Of a DNA stretch of 64,000 nt, positions 26,101-40,300 are shown piece after piece. A program made the translations under genes and the position numbers. This DNA comes from Gordius albopunctatus (lineage: Eukaryota). The notes beneath the pieces are model-generated. The model was not told where the DNA came from and did no database searches. It saw only the letters and a program-made list of their open reading frames with translations. The DNA lies in the NCBI GenBank assembly GCA_964276515.1, contig OZ193910.1, positions 6,634,001-6,698,000 on the forward strand, written 5' to 3'. Each line of letters opens with the position of its first letter. Positions within the stretch are counted from its first letter, which is position 1.

Positions 26101-29100
26101 CGATGCTCTCGCGTAAATTTTAAGTGATAAAATATGGGTGGGAAATAAAAAAGTAAGAATCTTGCCTGATTTATAAGCACAATTTTCGCTTTAAATCTAC
26201 GGTTACGACCATATCACTTTGAAAACACCGGTTCCCTTCCGAACACCGAAGTTAAGCAACGTTGAGCCCGGTTAGTACTTGGATGGGTGACCGCTTGGGA
26301 ATCCCGGGTGTTGTAACCTTTTTAAATATTTTTTTGAATCCAGTTACGATCAAGGGCGATCCTTAGCACATAGGGGACGCCGTAGGAATACATTTGTGAA
26401 TTAATTTTTAATTCTAGGCGCCATTTTATAGGAGATTTAGGGATTTTAGAGTATTTTGCGTCGGGCAGAATGCTAGGTGTCCGTCCTCAACGGAATTGGC
26501 GTATAGCGTCTGAAAGGGAGTAAGTAAACCGAAAACGCGATAATGAAACTGTTTTGAGCTGTATAATTACTACCAACAATCAAAAAGTTAAATATTCCAC
26601 GTAATGCGTCATCGATTACGACAAAATACACACATTTCGATGCTCTCGCGTAAATTTTAAGTGATAAAATATGGGTGGGAAATAAAAAAGTAAGAATCTT
26701 GCCTGATTTATAAGCACAATTTTCGCTTTAAATCTACGGTTACGACCATATCACGTTGAAAACACCGGTTCCCTTCCGAACACCGAAGTTAAGCAACGTT
26801 GAGCCCGGTTAGTACTTGGATGGGTGACCGCTTGGGAATCCCGGGTGTTGTAACCTTTTTAAATATTTTTTTGAATCCAGTTACGATCAAGGGCGATCCT
26901 TAGCACATAGGGGACGCCGTAGGAATACATTTGTGAATTAATTTTTAATTCTAGGCGCCATTTTATAGGAGATTTAGGGATTTAAGAGTATTTTGCGTCG
27001 GGCAGAATGCTAGGTGTCCGTCCTCAACGGAATTGGCGTATAGCGTCTGAAAGGGAGTAAATAAACCGAAAACGCGATAATGAAACTGTTTGGAGCTGTA
27101 TAATTACTACCAACAATCAAAAAGTTAAATATTCCACGTATTGCGTCACGGATTACGACAAAATACACACATTTCGATGCTCTCGCGTAAATTTTAAGTG
27201 ATAAAATATGGGTGGGAAATAAAAAAGTAAGAATCTTGCCTGATTTATAAGCACAATTTTCGCTTTAAATCTACGGTTACGACCATATCACGTTGAAAAC
27301 ACCGGTTCCCTTCCGAACACCGAAGTTAAGCAACGTTGAGCCCGGTTAGTACTTGGATGGGTGACCGCTTGGGAATCCCGGGTGTTGTAACCTTTTTAAA
27401 TATTTTTTTGAATCCAGTTACGATCAAGGGCGATCCTTAGCACATATGGGACGCCGTAGGAATACATTTGTGAATTAATTTTTAATTCTAGGCGCCATTT
27501 TAAGGGAGATTTAGGGATTTTAGAGTATTTTGCGTCGGGCAGAATGCTAGGTGTCCGTCCTCAACGGAATTGGCGTATAGCGTCTGAAAGGGAGTAAGTA
27601 AACCGAAAACGCGATAATGAAACTGTTTGGAGCTGTATAATTACTACCAACAATCAAAAAGTTAAATATTCCACGTATTGCGTCATCGATTACGACAAAA
27701 TACATACATTTCGATGCTCTCGCGTAAATTTTAAGTGATAAAATATGGGTGGGAAATAAAAAAGTAAGAATCTTGCCTGATTTATAAGCACAATTTTCGC
27801 TTTAAATCTACGGTTACGACCATATCACGTTGAAAACACCGGTTCCCTTCAGAACACCGAAGTTAAGCAACGTTGAGCCCGGTTAGTACTTGGATGGGTG
27901 ACCGCTTGGGAATCCCGGGTGTTGTAACCTTTTAAAATATTTTTTTGAATCCAGTTACGATCAAGAGCGATCCTTAGCACATAGGGGACGCCGTAGGAAT
28001 ACATTTGTGAATTAATTTTTAATTCTAGGCGCCATTTTATAGGAGATTTAGGGATTTTAGAGTATTTTGCGTCGGGCAGAATGCTAGGTGTCCGTCCTCA
28101 ACGGAATTGGCGTATAGCGTTTGAAAGGGAGTAAGTAAACCGAAAACGCGATAATGAAACTGTTTTGAGCTGTATAATTACTACCAACAATCAAAAAGTT
28201 AAATATTCCACGTAATGCGTCATCGATTACGACAAAATACACACATTTCGATGCTCTCGCGTAAATTTTAAGTGATAAAATATGGGTGGGAAATAAAAAA
28301 GTAAGAATCTTGCCTGATTTATAAGCACAATTTTCGCTTTAAATCTACGGTTACGACCATATCACGTTGAAAACACCGGTTCCCTTCAGAACACCGAAGT
28401 TAAGCAACGTTGAGCCCGGTTAGTACTTGGATGGGTGACCGCTTGGGAATCCCGGGTGTTGTAACCTTTTAAATATTTTTTTGAATCCAGTTACGATCAA
28501 GGGCGATCCTTAGCACATAGGGGACGCCGTAGGAATACATTTGTGAATTAATTTTTAATTCTAGGCGCCATTTTATAGGAGATTTAGGGATTTTAGAGTA
28601 TTTTGCGTCGGGCAGAATGCTAGGTGTCCGTCCTCAACGGAATTGGCGTATAGCGTCTGAAAGGGAGTAAGTAAACCGAAAACGCGATAATGAAACTGTT
28701 TGGAGCTGTATAATTACTACCAACAATCAAAAAGTTAAATATTCCACGTATTGCGTCATCGATTACGACAAAATACATACATTTCGATGCTCTCGCGTAA
28801 ATTTTAAGTGATAAAATATGGGTGGGAAATAAAAAAGTAAGAATCTTGCCTGATTTATAAGCACAATTTTCGCTTTAAATCTACGGTTACGACCATATCA
28901 CGTTGAAAACACCGGTTCCCTTCCGAACACCGAAGTTAAGCAACGTTGAGCCCGGTTAGTACTTGGATGGGTGACCGCTTGGGAATCCCGGGTGTTGTAA
29001 CCTTTTTAAATATTTTTTTGAATCCAGTTACGATCAAGTGCGATCCTTAGCACATAGGGGACGCCGTAGGAATACATTTGTGAATTAATTTTTAATTCTA

Positions 29101-29957
29101 GGGGCCATTTTAAGATAGATTTAGGGATTTTAGAGTATTTTGCGTCGGGCAGAATGCTAGGTGTCCGTCCTCAACGGAATTGGCGTATAGCGTCTGAAAG
29201 GGAGTAAGTAAACCGAAAACGCGATAATGAAACTGTTTGGAGCTGTATAATTACTACCAACAATCAAAAAGTTAAATATTCCACGTATTGCGTCATCGAT
29301 TACGACAAAATACATACATTTCGATGCTCTCGCGTAAATTTTAAGTGATAAAATATGGGTGGGAAATAAAAAAGTAAGAATCTTGCCTGATTTATAAGCA
29401 CAATTTTCGCTTTAAATCTACGGTTACGACCATATCACGTTGAAAACACCGGTTCCCTTCCGAACACCGAAGTTAAGCAACGTTGAGCCCGGTTAGTACT
29501 TGGATGGGTGACCGCTTGGGAATCCCGGGTGTTGTAACCTTTTAAATATTTTTTTGAATCCAGTTACGATCAAGGGCGATCCTTAGCACATAGGGGACGC
29601 CGTAGGAATACATTTGTGAATTAATTTTTAATTCTAGGCGCCATTTTATAGGAGATTTAGGGATTTTAGAGTATTTTGCGTCGGGCAGAATGCTAGGTGT
29701 CCGTCCTCAACGGAATTGGCGTATAGCGTCTGAAAGGGAGTAAGTAAACCGAAAACGCGATAATGAAATTGTTTGGAGCTGTATAATTACTACCAACAAT
29801 CAAAAAGTTAAATATTCCACGTATTGCGTCATCGATTACGACAAAATACATACATTTCGATGCTCTCGCGTAAATTTTAAGTGATAAAATATGGGTGGGA
29901 AATAAAAAAGTAAGAATCTTGCCTGATTTATAAGCACAATTTTCGCTTTAAATCTAC

Positions 29958-30074
29958 GGTTACGACCATATCACGTTGAAAACACCGGTTCCCTTCCGAA
30001 CACCGAAGTTAAGCAACGTTGAGCCCGGTTAGTACTTGGATGGGTGACCGCTTGGGAATCCCGGGTTGTAACCT
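29958..30074 (+). pseudogene. 5S variant with 2-nt deletion near +108 (CCCGGGTTGTAACC); also at 30494 and 31568
   Basis: Consensus CCCGGGTGTTGTAACC becomes CCCGGGTTGTAACC. Confidence 0.55.
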
Positions 30075-33000
30075 TTTTAAATATTTTTTTGAATCCAGTT
30101 ACGATCAGGGGCGATCCTTAGCACATAGGGGACGTCGTAGGAATACATTTGTTAATTAATTTTTAATTCTACGCGCCATTTTAAGGGAGATTTAGGGATT
30201 TTAGAGTATTTTGCGTCGGGCAGAATGCTAGGTGTCCGTCCTCAACGGAATTGGCGTAGTGGCGTCTGAAAGGGAGTAAGTAAACCGAGAACGCGATAAT
30301 GAAACTGTTTCGAGCTGTATAATTACTACCAACAATCAAAAAGTTAAATATTCCACGTAATGCGTCATCGATTACGACAAAATACACACATTTCGATGCT
30401 CTCGCGTAAATTTTAAGTGATAAAATATGGGTGGGAAATAAAAAAGTAAGAATCTTGCCTGATTTATAAGCACAATTTTCGCTTTAAATCTACGGTTACG
30501 ACCATATCACGTTGAAAACACCGGTTCCCTTCCGAACACCGAAGTTAAGCAACGTTGAGCCCGGTTAGTACTTGGATGGGTGACCGCTTGGGAATCCCGG
30601 GTTGTAACCTTTTTAAATATTTTTTTGAATCCAGTTACGATCAGGGGCGATCCTTAGCACATAGGGGACGTCGTAGGAATACATTTGTTAATTAATTTTT
30701 AATTCTACGCGCCATTTTAAGGGAGATTTAGGGATTTTAGAGTATTTTGCGTCGGGCAGAATGCTAGGTGTCCGCCCTCAACGGAATTGGCGTAGTGGCG
30801 TCTGAAAGGGAGTAAGTAAACCGAAAACGCGATAATGAAACTGTTTCGAGCTGTATAATTACTACCAACAATCAAAAAGTTAAATATTCCACGTAATGCG
30901 TCATCGATTACGACAAAATACACACATTTCGATGCTCTCGCGTAAATTTTAAGTGATAAAATATGGGTGGGAAATAAAAAAGTAAGAATCTTGCCTGATT
31001 TATAAGCACAATTTTCGCTTTAAATCTACGGTTACGACCATATCACGTTGAAAACACCGGTTCCCTTCCGAACACCGAAGTTAAGCAACCTTGAGCCCGG
31101 TTAGTACTTGGATGGGTGACCGCTTGGGAATCCCGGGTGTTGTAACCTTTTTAAATATTTTTTTGAATCCAGTTACGATCAAGTGCGATCCTTAGCACAT
31201 AGGGGACGCCGTAGGAATACATTTGTGAATTAATTTTTAATTCTAGGCGCCATTTTAAGGGAGATTTAGGGATTATAGAGTATTTTGCGTCGGGCAGAAT
31301 GCTAGGTGTCCGTCCTCAACGGAATTGGCGTAGTGGCGTCTGAAAGGGAGTAAGTAAACCGAGAACGCGATAATGAAACTGTTTCGAGCTGTATAATTAC
31401 TACCAACAATCAAAAAGTTAAATATTCCACGTAATGCGTCATCGATTACGACAAAATACACACATTTCGATGCTCTCGCGTAAATTTTAAGTGATAAAAT
31501 ATGGGTGGGAAATAAAAAAGTAAGAATCTTGCCTGATTTATAAGCACAATTTTCGCTTTAAATCTACGGTTACGACCATATCACGTTGAAAACACCGGTT
31601 CCCTTCCGAACACCGAAGTTAAGCAACGTTGAGCCCGGTTAGTACTTGGATGGGTGACCGCTTGGGAATCCCGGGTTGTAACCTTTTTAAATATTTTTTT
31701 GAATCCAGTTACGATCAGGGGCGATCCTTAGCACATAGGGGACGTCGTAGGAATACATTTGTTAATTAATTTTTAATTCTACGCGCCATTTTAAGGGAGA
31801 TTTAGGGATTTTAGAGTATTTTGCGTCGGGCAGAATGCTAGGTGTCCGCCCTCAACGGAATTGGCGTAGTGGCGTCTGAAAGGGAGTAAGTAAACCGAGA
31901 ACGCGATAATGAAACTGTTTCGAGCTGTATAATTACTACCAACAATCAAAAAGTTAAATATTCCACGTAATGCGTCACGGATTACGACAAAATACACACA
32001 TTTCGATGCTCTCGCGTAAATTTTAAGTGATAAAATATGGGTGGGAAATAAAAAAGTAAGAATCTTGCCTGATTTATAAGCACAATTTTCGCTTTAAATC
32101 TACGGTTACGACCATATCACGTTGAAAACACCGGTTCCCTTCCGAACACAGAAGTTAAGCAACCTTGAGCCCGGTTAGTACTTGGTTGGGTGACCGCTTG
32201 GGAATCCCGTGTGTTGTAACCTTTTGAAATATTTTTTCGAATCCAGTTACGATCAGGGGCGATCCTTAGCACATAGGGGACGCCGTAGGAATACATTTGT
32301 TAATTAATTTTTAATTCTACGCGCCATTTTAAGGGAGATTTAGGGATTTTAGAGTATTTTGCGTCGGGCAGAATGCTAGGTGTCCGCCCTCATAGAATTG
32401 GCGTAGTAGCGTCTGAAAGGGAGTAAGTAAATCGAGAACGCGATAATGAAACTGTTTCGAGCTGTATAATTACTACCAACAATCAAAAAGTTAAATATTC
32501 CACGTAATGCGTCATCGATTACGACAAAATACACACATTTCGATGCCCTCGCGTCAATTATAAGTGATAAAATATGGGTGGGAAATAAAAAAGTAAGAAT
32601 CTTGCCTGATTTATAAGCACAATTTTCGCTTTAAATCTACGGTTACAACCATATCACGTTGAAAACACCGGTTCCCTTCCGAACACCGAAGTTAAGCAAC
32701 GTTGAGCCCGGTTAGTACTTGGATGGGTGACCTCTTGGGAATCCCGGGTGTTGTAACCTTTTTAAATATTTTTTTGAATCCAGTTACGATCAGGGGCGAT
32801 CCTTAGCACATAGGGGACGTCGTAGGAATACATTTGTTAATTAATTTTTAATTCTACGCGCCATTTTAAGGGAGATTTAGGGATTTTAGAGTATTTTGCG
32901 TCGGGCAGAATGCTAGGTGTCCGTCCTCAACGGATATGGCGTATAGCGTCTGAAAGGGAGTAAGTAAACCGAAAACGCGATAATGAAACTGTTTCGAGCT

Positions 33001-34253
33001 GTATAATTACTACCAACAATCAAAAAGTTAAATATTCCACGTAATGCGTCATCGATTACGACAAAATACACACATTTCGATGCTCTCGCGTAAATTTTAA
33101 GTGATAAAATATGGGTGGGAAATAAAAAAGTAAGAATCTTGCCTGATTTATAAGCACAATTTTCGCTTTAAATCTACGGTTACGACCATATCACGTTGAA
33201 AACACCGGTTCCCTTCCGAACACCGAAGTTAAGCAACGTTGAGCCCGGTTAGTACTTGGATGGGTGACCGCTTGGGAATCCCGGGTGTTGTAACCTTTTA
33301 AAATATTTTTTTGAATCCAGTTACGATCAAGAGCGATCCTTAGCACATAGGGGACGCCGTAGGAATACATTTGTGAATTAATTTTTAATTCTAGGCGCCA
33401 TTTTATAGGAGATTTAGGGATTTTAGAGTATTTTGCGTCGGGCAGAATGCTAGGTGTCCGCCCTCAACGGAATTGGCGTAGTGGCGTCTGAAAGGGAGTA
33501 AGTAAATCGAGAACGCGATAATGAAACTGTTTCGAGCTGTATAATTACTACCAACAATCAAAAAGTTAAATATTCCACGTAATGCGTCATCGATTACGAC
33601 AAAATACACACATTTCGATGCTCTCGCGTAAATTTTAAGTGATAAAATATGGGTGGGAAATAAAAAAGTAAGAATCTTGCCTGATTTATAAGCACAATTT
33701 TCGCTTTAAATCTACGGTTACGACCATATCACGTTGAAAACACCGGTTCCCTTCAGAACACCGAAGTTAAGCAACGTTGAGCCCGGTTAGTACTTGGTTG
33801 GGTGACCGCTTAGGAATCCCGGGTGTTGTAACCTTTTTAAATATTTTTTTGAATCCAGTTACGATCAAGGGCGATCCTTAGCACATAGGGGACGTCGTAG
33901 GAATACATTTGTTAATTAATTTTTAATTCTACGCGCCATTTTAAGGGAGATTTAGGGATTTTAGAGTATTTTGCGTCGGGCAGAATGCTAGGTGTCCGCC
34001 CTCAACGGAATTGGCGTAGTGGCGTCTGAAAGGGAGTAAGTAAATCGAGAACGCGATAATGAAACTGTTTCGAGCTGTATAATTACTACCAACAATCAAA
34101 AAGTTAAATATTCCACGTATTGCGTCACGGATTACGACAAAATACACACATTTCGATGCTCTCGCGTAAATTTTAAGTGATAAAATATGGGTGGGAAATA
34201 AAAAAGTAAGAATCTTGCCTGATTTATAAGCACAATTTTCGCTTTAAATATAC

Positions 34254-34372
34254 GGTTACGACCATATCACGTTGAAAACACCGGTTCCCTTCCGAACACC
34301 GAAGTTAAGCAACGTTGAGCCCGGTTAGTACTTGGTTGGGTGACCGCTTGGGAATCCCGGGTGTTGTAACCT
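34254..34372 (+). rRNA. 5S rRNA, A83T (Box C GGTTGGG) variant; representative of the 33716-38676 block
   Basis: TACTTGGTTGGGTGACC in ten consecutive copies. Confidence 0.85.
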
Positions 34373-37300
34373 TTTTAAATATTTTTTCGAATCCAGTTAC
34401 GATCAGGGGCGATCCTTAGCACATAGGGGACGCCGTAGGAATACATTTGTGAATTAATTTTTAATTCTAGCCGCCATTTTAAGGGAGATTTAGGGATTTT
34501 AGAGTATTTTGCGTCGGGCAGAATGCTAGGTGTCCGCCCTCAACGGAATTGGCGTAGTGGCGTCTGAAAGGGAGTAAGTAAACCGAGAACGCGATAATGA
34601 AACTGTTTCGAGCTGTATAATTACTACCAACAATCAAAAAGTTGAATATTCCAGGTATTGCGTCACCGATTACGACAAAATACACACATTTCAATGCCCT
34701 CGCTTCAATTTTAAGTGATAAAATATGGGTGGGAAATAAAAAAGTAAGAATCTTGCCTGATTTATAAGCACAATTTTCGCTTTAAATATACGGTTACGAC
34801 CATATCACGTTGAAAACACCGGTTCCCTTCCGAACACCGAAGTTAAGCAACGTTGAGCCCGGTTAGTACTTGGTTGGGTGACCGCTTGGGAATCCCGGGT
34901 GTTGTAACCTTTTTAAATATTTTTTCGAATCCAGTTACGATCAGGGGCGATCCTTAGCACATAGGGGACGCCGTAGGAATACATTTGTTAATTAATTTTT
35001 AATTCTACGCGCCATTTTAAGGGAGATTTAGGGATTTTAGAGTATTTTGCGTCGGGCAGAATGCTAGGTGTCCGCCCTCAACGGAATTGGCGTAGTGGCG
35101 TCTGAAAGGGAGTAAGTAAATCTAGAACGCGATAATGAAACTGTTTCGAGCTGTATAATTACTACCAACAATCAAAAAGTTAAATATTCCACGTATTGCG
35201 TCACGGATTACGACAAAATACACACATTTCGATGCTCTCGCGTAAATTTTAAGTGATAAAATATGGGTGGGAAATAAAAAAGTAAGAATCTTGCCTGATT
35301 TATAAGCACAATTTTCGCTTTAAATCTACGGTTACGACCCTATCACGTTGAAAACACCGGTTCCCTTCCGAACACCGAAGTTAAGCAACGTTGAGCCCGG
35401 TTAGTACTTGGTTGGGTGACCGCTTGGGAATCCCGGGTGTTGTAACCTTTTTAAATATTTTTTCGAATCCAGTTACGATAAGGGGCGATCCTTAGCACAT
35501 AGGGGACGCCGTAGGAATACATTTGTTAATTAATTTTTAATTCTACGCGCCATTTTAAGGGAGATTTAGGGATTTTAGAGTATTTTGCGTCGGGCAGAAT
35601 GCTAGGTGTCCGCCCTCAACGGAATTGGCGTAGTGGCGTCTGAAAGGGAGTAAGTAAATCGAGAACGCGATAATGAAACTGTTTCGAGCTGTATAATTAC
35701 TACCAACAATCAAAAAGTTAAATATTCCACGTAATGCGTCATCGATTACGACAAAATACACACATTTCGATGCCCTCGCGTCAATTATAAGTGATAAAAT
35801 ATGGGTGGGAAATAAAAAAGTAAGAATCTTGCCTGATTTATAAGCACAATTTTCGCTTTAAATCTACGGTTACGACCATATCACGTTGAAAACACCGGTT
35901 CCCTTCCGAACACCGAAGTTAAGCAACGTTGAGCCCGGTTAGTACTTGGTTGGGTGACCGCTTGGGAATCCCGGGTGTTGTAACCTTTTTAAATATTTTT
36001 TCGAATCCAGTTACGATAAGGGGCGATCCTTAGCACATAGGGGACGCCGTAGGAATACATTTGTTAATTAATTTTTAATTCTACGCGCCATTTTAAGGGA
36101 GATTTAGGGATTTTAGAGTATTTTGCGTCGGGCAGAATGCTAGGTGTCCGCCCTCAACGGAATTGGCGTAGTGGCGTCTGAAAGGGAGTAAGTAAATCGA
36201 GAACGCGATAATGAAACTGTTTCGAGCTGTATAATTACTACCAACAATCAAAAAGTTAAATATTCCACGTATTGCGTCACGGATTACGACAAAATACACA
36301 CATTTCGATGCTCTCGCGTAAATTTTAAGTGATAAAATATGGGTGGGAAATAAAAAAGTAAGAATCTTGCCTGATTTATAAGCACAATTTTCGCTTTAAA
36401 TCTACGGTTACGACCCTATCACGTTGAAAACACCGGTTCCCTTCCGAACACAGAAGTTAAGCAACGTTGAGCCTTGTTAGTACTTGGTTGGGTGACCGCT
36501 TGGGAATCCCGGGTGTTGTAACCTTTTTAAATATTTTTTCGAATCCAGTTACGATAAGGGGCGATCCTTAGCACATAGGGGACGCCGTAGGAATACATTT
36601 GTTAATTAATTTTTAATTCTACGCGCCATTTTAAGGGAGATTTAGGGATTTTAGAGTATTTTGCGTCGGGCAGAATGCTAGGTGTCCGCCCTCAACGGAA
36701 TTGGCGTAGTGGCGTCTGAAAGGGAGTAAGTAAATCGAGAACGCGATAATGAAACTGTTTCGAGCTGTATAATTACTACCAACAATCAAAAAGTTAAATA
36801 TTCCACGTAATGCGTCATCGATTACGACAAAATACACACATTTCGATGCCCTCGCGTCAATTATAAGTGATAAAATATGGGTGGGAAATAAAAAAGTAAG
36901 AATCTTGCCTGATTTATAAGCACAATTTTCGCTTTAAATCTACGGTTACGACCATATCACGTTGAAAACACCGGTTCCCTTCCGAACACCGAAGTTAAGC
37001 AACGTTGAGCCCGGTTAGTACTTGGTTGGGTGACCGCTTAGGAATCCCGGGTGTTGTAACCTTTTTAAATATTTTTTTGAATCCAGTTACGATCAAGGGC
37101 GATCCTTAGCACATAGGGGACGTCGTAGGAATACATTTGTTAATTAATTTTTAATTCTACGCGCCATTTTAAGGGAGATTTAGGGATTTTAGAGTATTTT
37201 GCGTCGGGCAGAATGCTAGGTGTCCGCCCTCAACGGAATTGGCGTAGTGGCGTCTGAAAGGGAGTAAGTAAATCGAGAACGCGATAATGAAACTGTTTCG

Positions 37301-40300
37301 AGCTGTATAATTACTACCAACAATCAAAAAGTTAAATATTCCACGTATTGCGTGACGGATTACGACAAAATACACACATTTCGATGCTCTCGCGTAAATT
37401 TTAAGTGATAAAATATGGGTGGGAAATAAAAAAGTAAGAATCTTGCCTGATTTATAAGCACAATTTTCGCTTTAAATATACGGTTACGACCATATCACGT
37501 TGAAAACACCGGTTCCCTTCCGAACACCGAAGTTAAGCAACGTTGAGCCCGGTTAGTACTTGGTTGGGTGACCGCTTGGGAATCCCGGGTGTTGTAACCT
37601 TTTTAAATATTTTTTCGAATCCAGTTACGATGAGGGGCGATCCTTAGCACATAGGGGACGCCGTAGGAATACATTTGTGAATTAATTTTTAATTCTAGCC
37701 GCCATTTTAAGGGAGATTTAGGGATTTTAGAGTATTTTGCGTCGGGCAGAATGCTAGGTGTCCGCCCTCAACGGAATTGGCGTAGTGGCGTCTGAAAGGG
37801 AGTAAGTAAACCGAGAACGCGATAATGAAACTGTTTCGAGCTGTATAATTACTACCAACAATCAAAAAGTTGAATATTCCAGGTATTGCGTCACCGATTA
37901 CGACAAAATACACACATTTCAATGCCCTCGCTTCAATTTTAAGTGATAAAATATGGGTGGGAAATAAAAAAGTAAGAATCTTGCCTGATTTATAAGCACA
38001 ATTTTCGCTTTAAATATACGGTTACGACCATATCACGTTGAAAACACCGGTTCCCTTCCGAACACCGAAGTTAAGCAACGTTGAGCCCGGTTAGTACTTG
38101 GTTGGGTGACCGCTTGGGAATCCCGGGTGTTGTAACCTTTTTAAATATTTTTTCGAATCCAGTTACGATCAGGGGCGATCCTTAGCACATAGGGGACGCC
38201 GTAGGAATACATTTGTTAATTAATTTTTAATTCTACGCGCCATTTTAAGGGAGATTTAGGGATTTTAGAGTATTTTGCGTCGGGCAGAATGCTAGGTGTC
38301 CGCCCTCAACGGAATTGGCGTAGTGGCGTCTGAAAGGGAGTAAGTAAATCTAGAACGCGATAATGAAACTGTTTCGAGCTGTATAATTACTACCAACAAT
38401 CAAAAAGTTAAATATTCCACGTATTGCGTCACGGATTACGACAAAATACACACATTTCGATGCTCTCGCGTAAATTTTAAGTGATAAAATATGGGTGGGA
38501 AATAAAAAAGTAAGAATCTTGCCTGATTTATAAGCACAATTTTCGCTTTAAATATACGGTTACGACCATATCACGTTGAAAAAACCGGTTCCCTTCCGAA
38601 CACCGAAGTTAAGCAACGTTGAGCCCGGTTAGTACTTGGTTGGGTGACCGCTTGGGAATCCCGGGTGTTGTAACCTTTTGAAATATTTTTTCGAATCCAG
38701 TTACGATCAGGGACGATCCTTAGCACATAGGGGACGCCGTAGGAATACATTTGTTAATTAATTTTTAATTCTAGGCGCCATTTTAAGGGAGATTTAGTGA
38801 TTTTAGAGTATTTTGCGTCGGGCAGAATGCTAGGTGTCCGCCCTCAACGGAATTGGCGTAGTGGCGTCTGAAAGGGAGTAAGTAAACCGAGAACGCGATA
38901 ATGAAACTGTTTCGAGCTGTATAATTACTACCAACAATCAAAAAGTTAAATATTCCACGTATTGCGTCACCGATTACGACAAAATACACACATTTCGATG
39001 CTCTCGCGTAAATTTTAAGTGATAAAATATGGGTGGGAAATAAAAAAGTAAGAATCTTGCCTGATTTATAATCACAATTTTCGCTTTAAATCTACGGTTA
39101 CGACCATATCACGTTGAAAAAACCGGTTCCCTTCCGAACACCGAAGTTAAGCAACGTTGAGCCCGGTTAGTACTTGGATGGGTGACCGCTTGGGAATCCC
39201 GGGTGTTGTAACCTTTTGAAATATTTTTTCGAATCCAGTTACGATCAGGGGCGATCCTTAGCACATAGGGGACGCCGTAGGAATACATTTGTTAATTAAT
39301 TTTTAATTCTAGGCGCCATTTTAAGGGAGATTTAGGGATTTTAGAGTATTTTGCGTCGGGCAGAATGCTAGGTGTCCGCCCTCAACGGAATTGGCGTAGT
39401 GGCGTCTGAAAGGGAGTAAGTAAATCGAGAACGCGATAATGAAACTGTTTCGAGCTGTATAATTACTACAAACAATCAAAAAGTTAAATATTCCACGTAT
39501 TGCGTCACGGATTACGACAAAATACACACATTTCGATGCTCTCGCGTAAATTTTAAGTGATAAAATATGGGTGGGAAATAAAAAAGTAAGAATCTTGCCT
39601 GATTTATAAGCACAATTTTCGCTTTAAATATACGGTTACGACCATATCACGTTGAAAACACCGGTTCCCTTCCGAACACCGAAGTTAAGCAACGTTGAGC
39701 CCGGTTAGTACTTGGTTGGGTGACCGCTTGGGAATCCCGGGTGTTGTAACCTTTTTAAATATTTTTTCGAATCCAGTTACGATCAGGGGCGATCCTTAGC
39801 ACATAGGGGACGCCGTAGGAATACATTTGTGAATTAATTTTTAATTCTAGGCGTGTTTTAAGGGAGATTTAGGGATTTTAGAGTATTTTGCGTCGGGCAG
39901 AATGCTAGGTGTCCGCCCTCAACGGAATTGGCGTACTGGCGTCTGAAAGGGAGTAAGTAAACCGAGAACGCGATAATGAAACTGTTTCGAGCTGTATAAT
40001 TACTACCAACAATCAAAAAGTTAAATATTCCAGGTATTGCGTCACCGATTACGACAAAATACACACATTTCAATGCCCTCGCTTCAATTTTAAGTGATAA
40101 AATATGGGTAGGAAATAAAAAAGTAAGAATCTTGCCTGATTTATAAGCACAATTTTCGCTTTAAATCTACGGTTACGACCATATCACGTTGAAAACACCG
40201 GTTCCCTTCCGAACACCGAAGTTAAGCAACGTTGAGCCCGGTTAGTACTTGGTTGGGTGACCGCTTGGGAATCCCGGGTGTTGTAACCTTTTTAAATATT

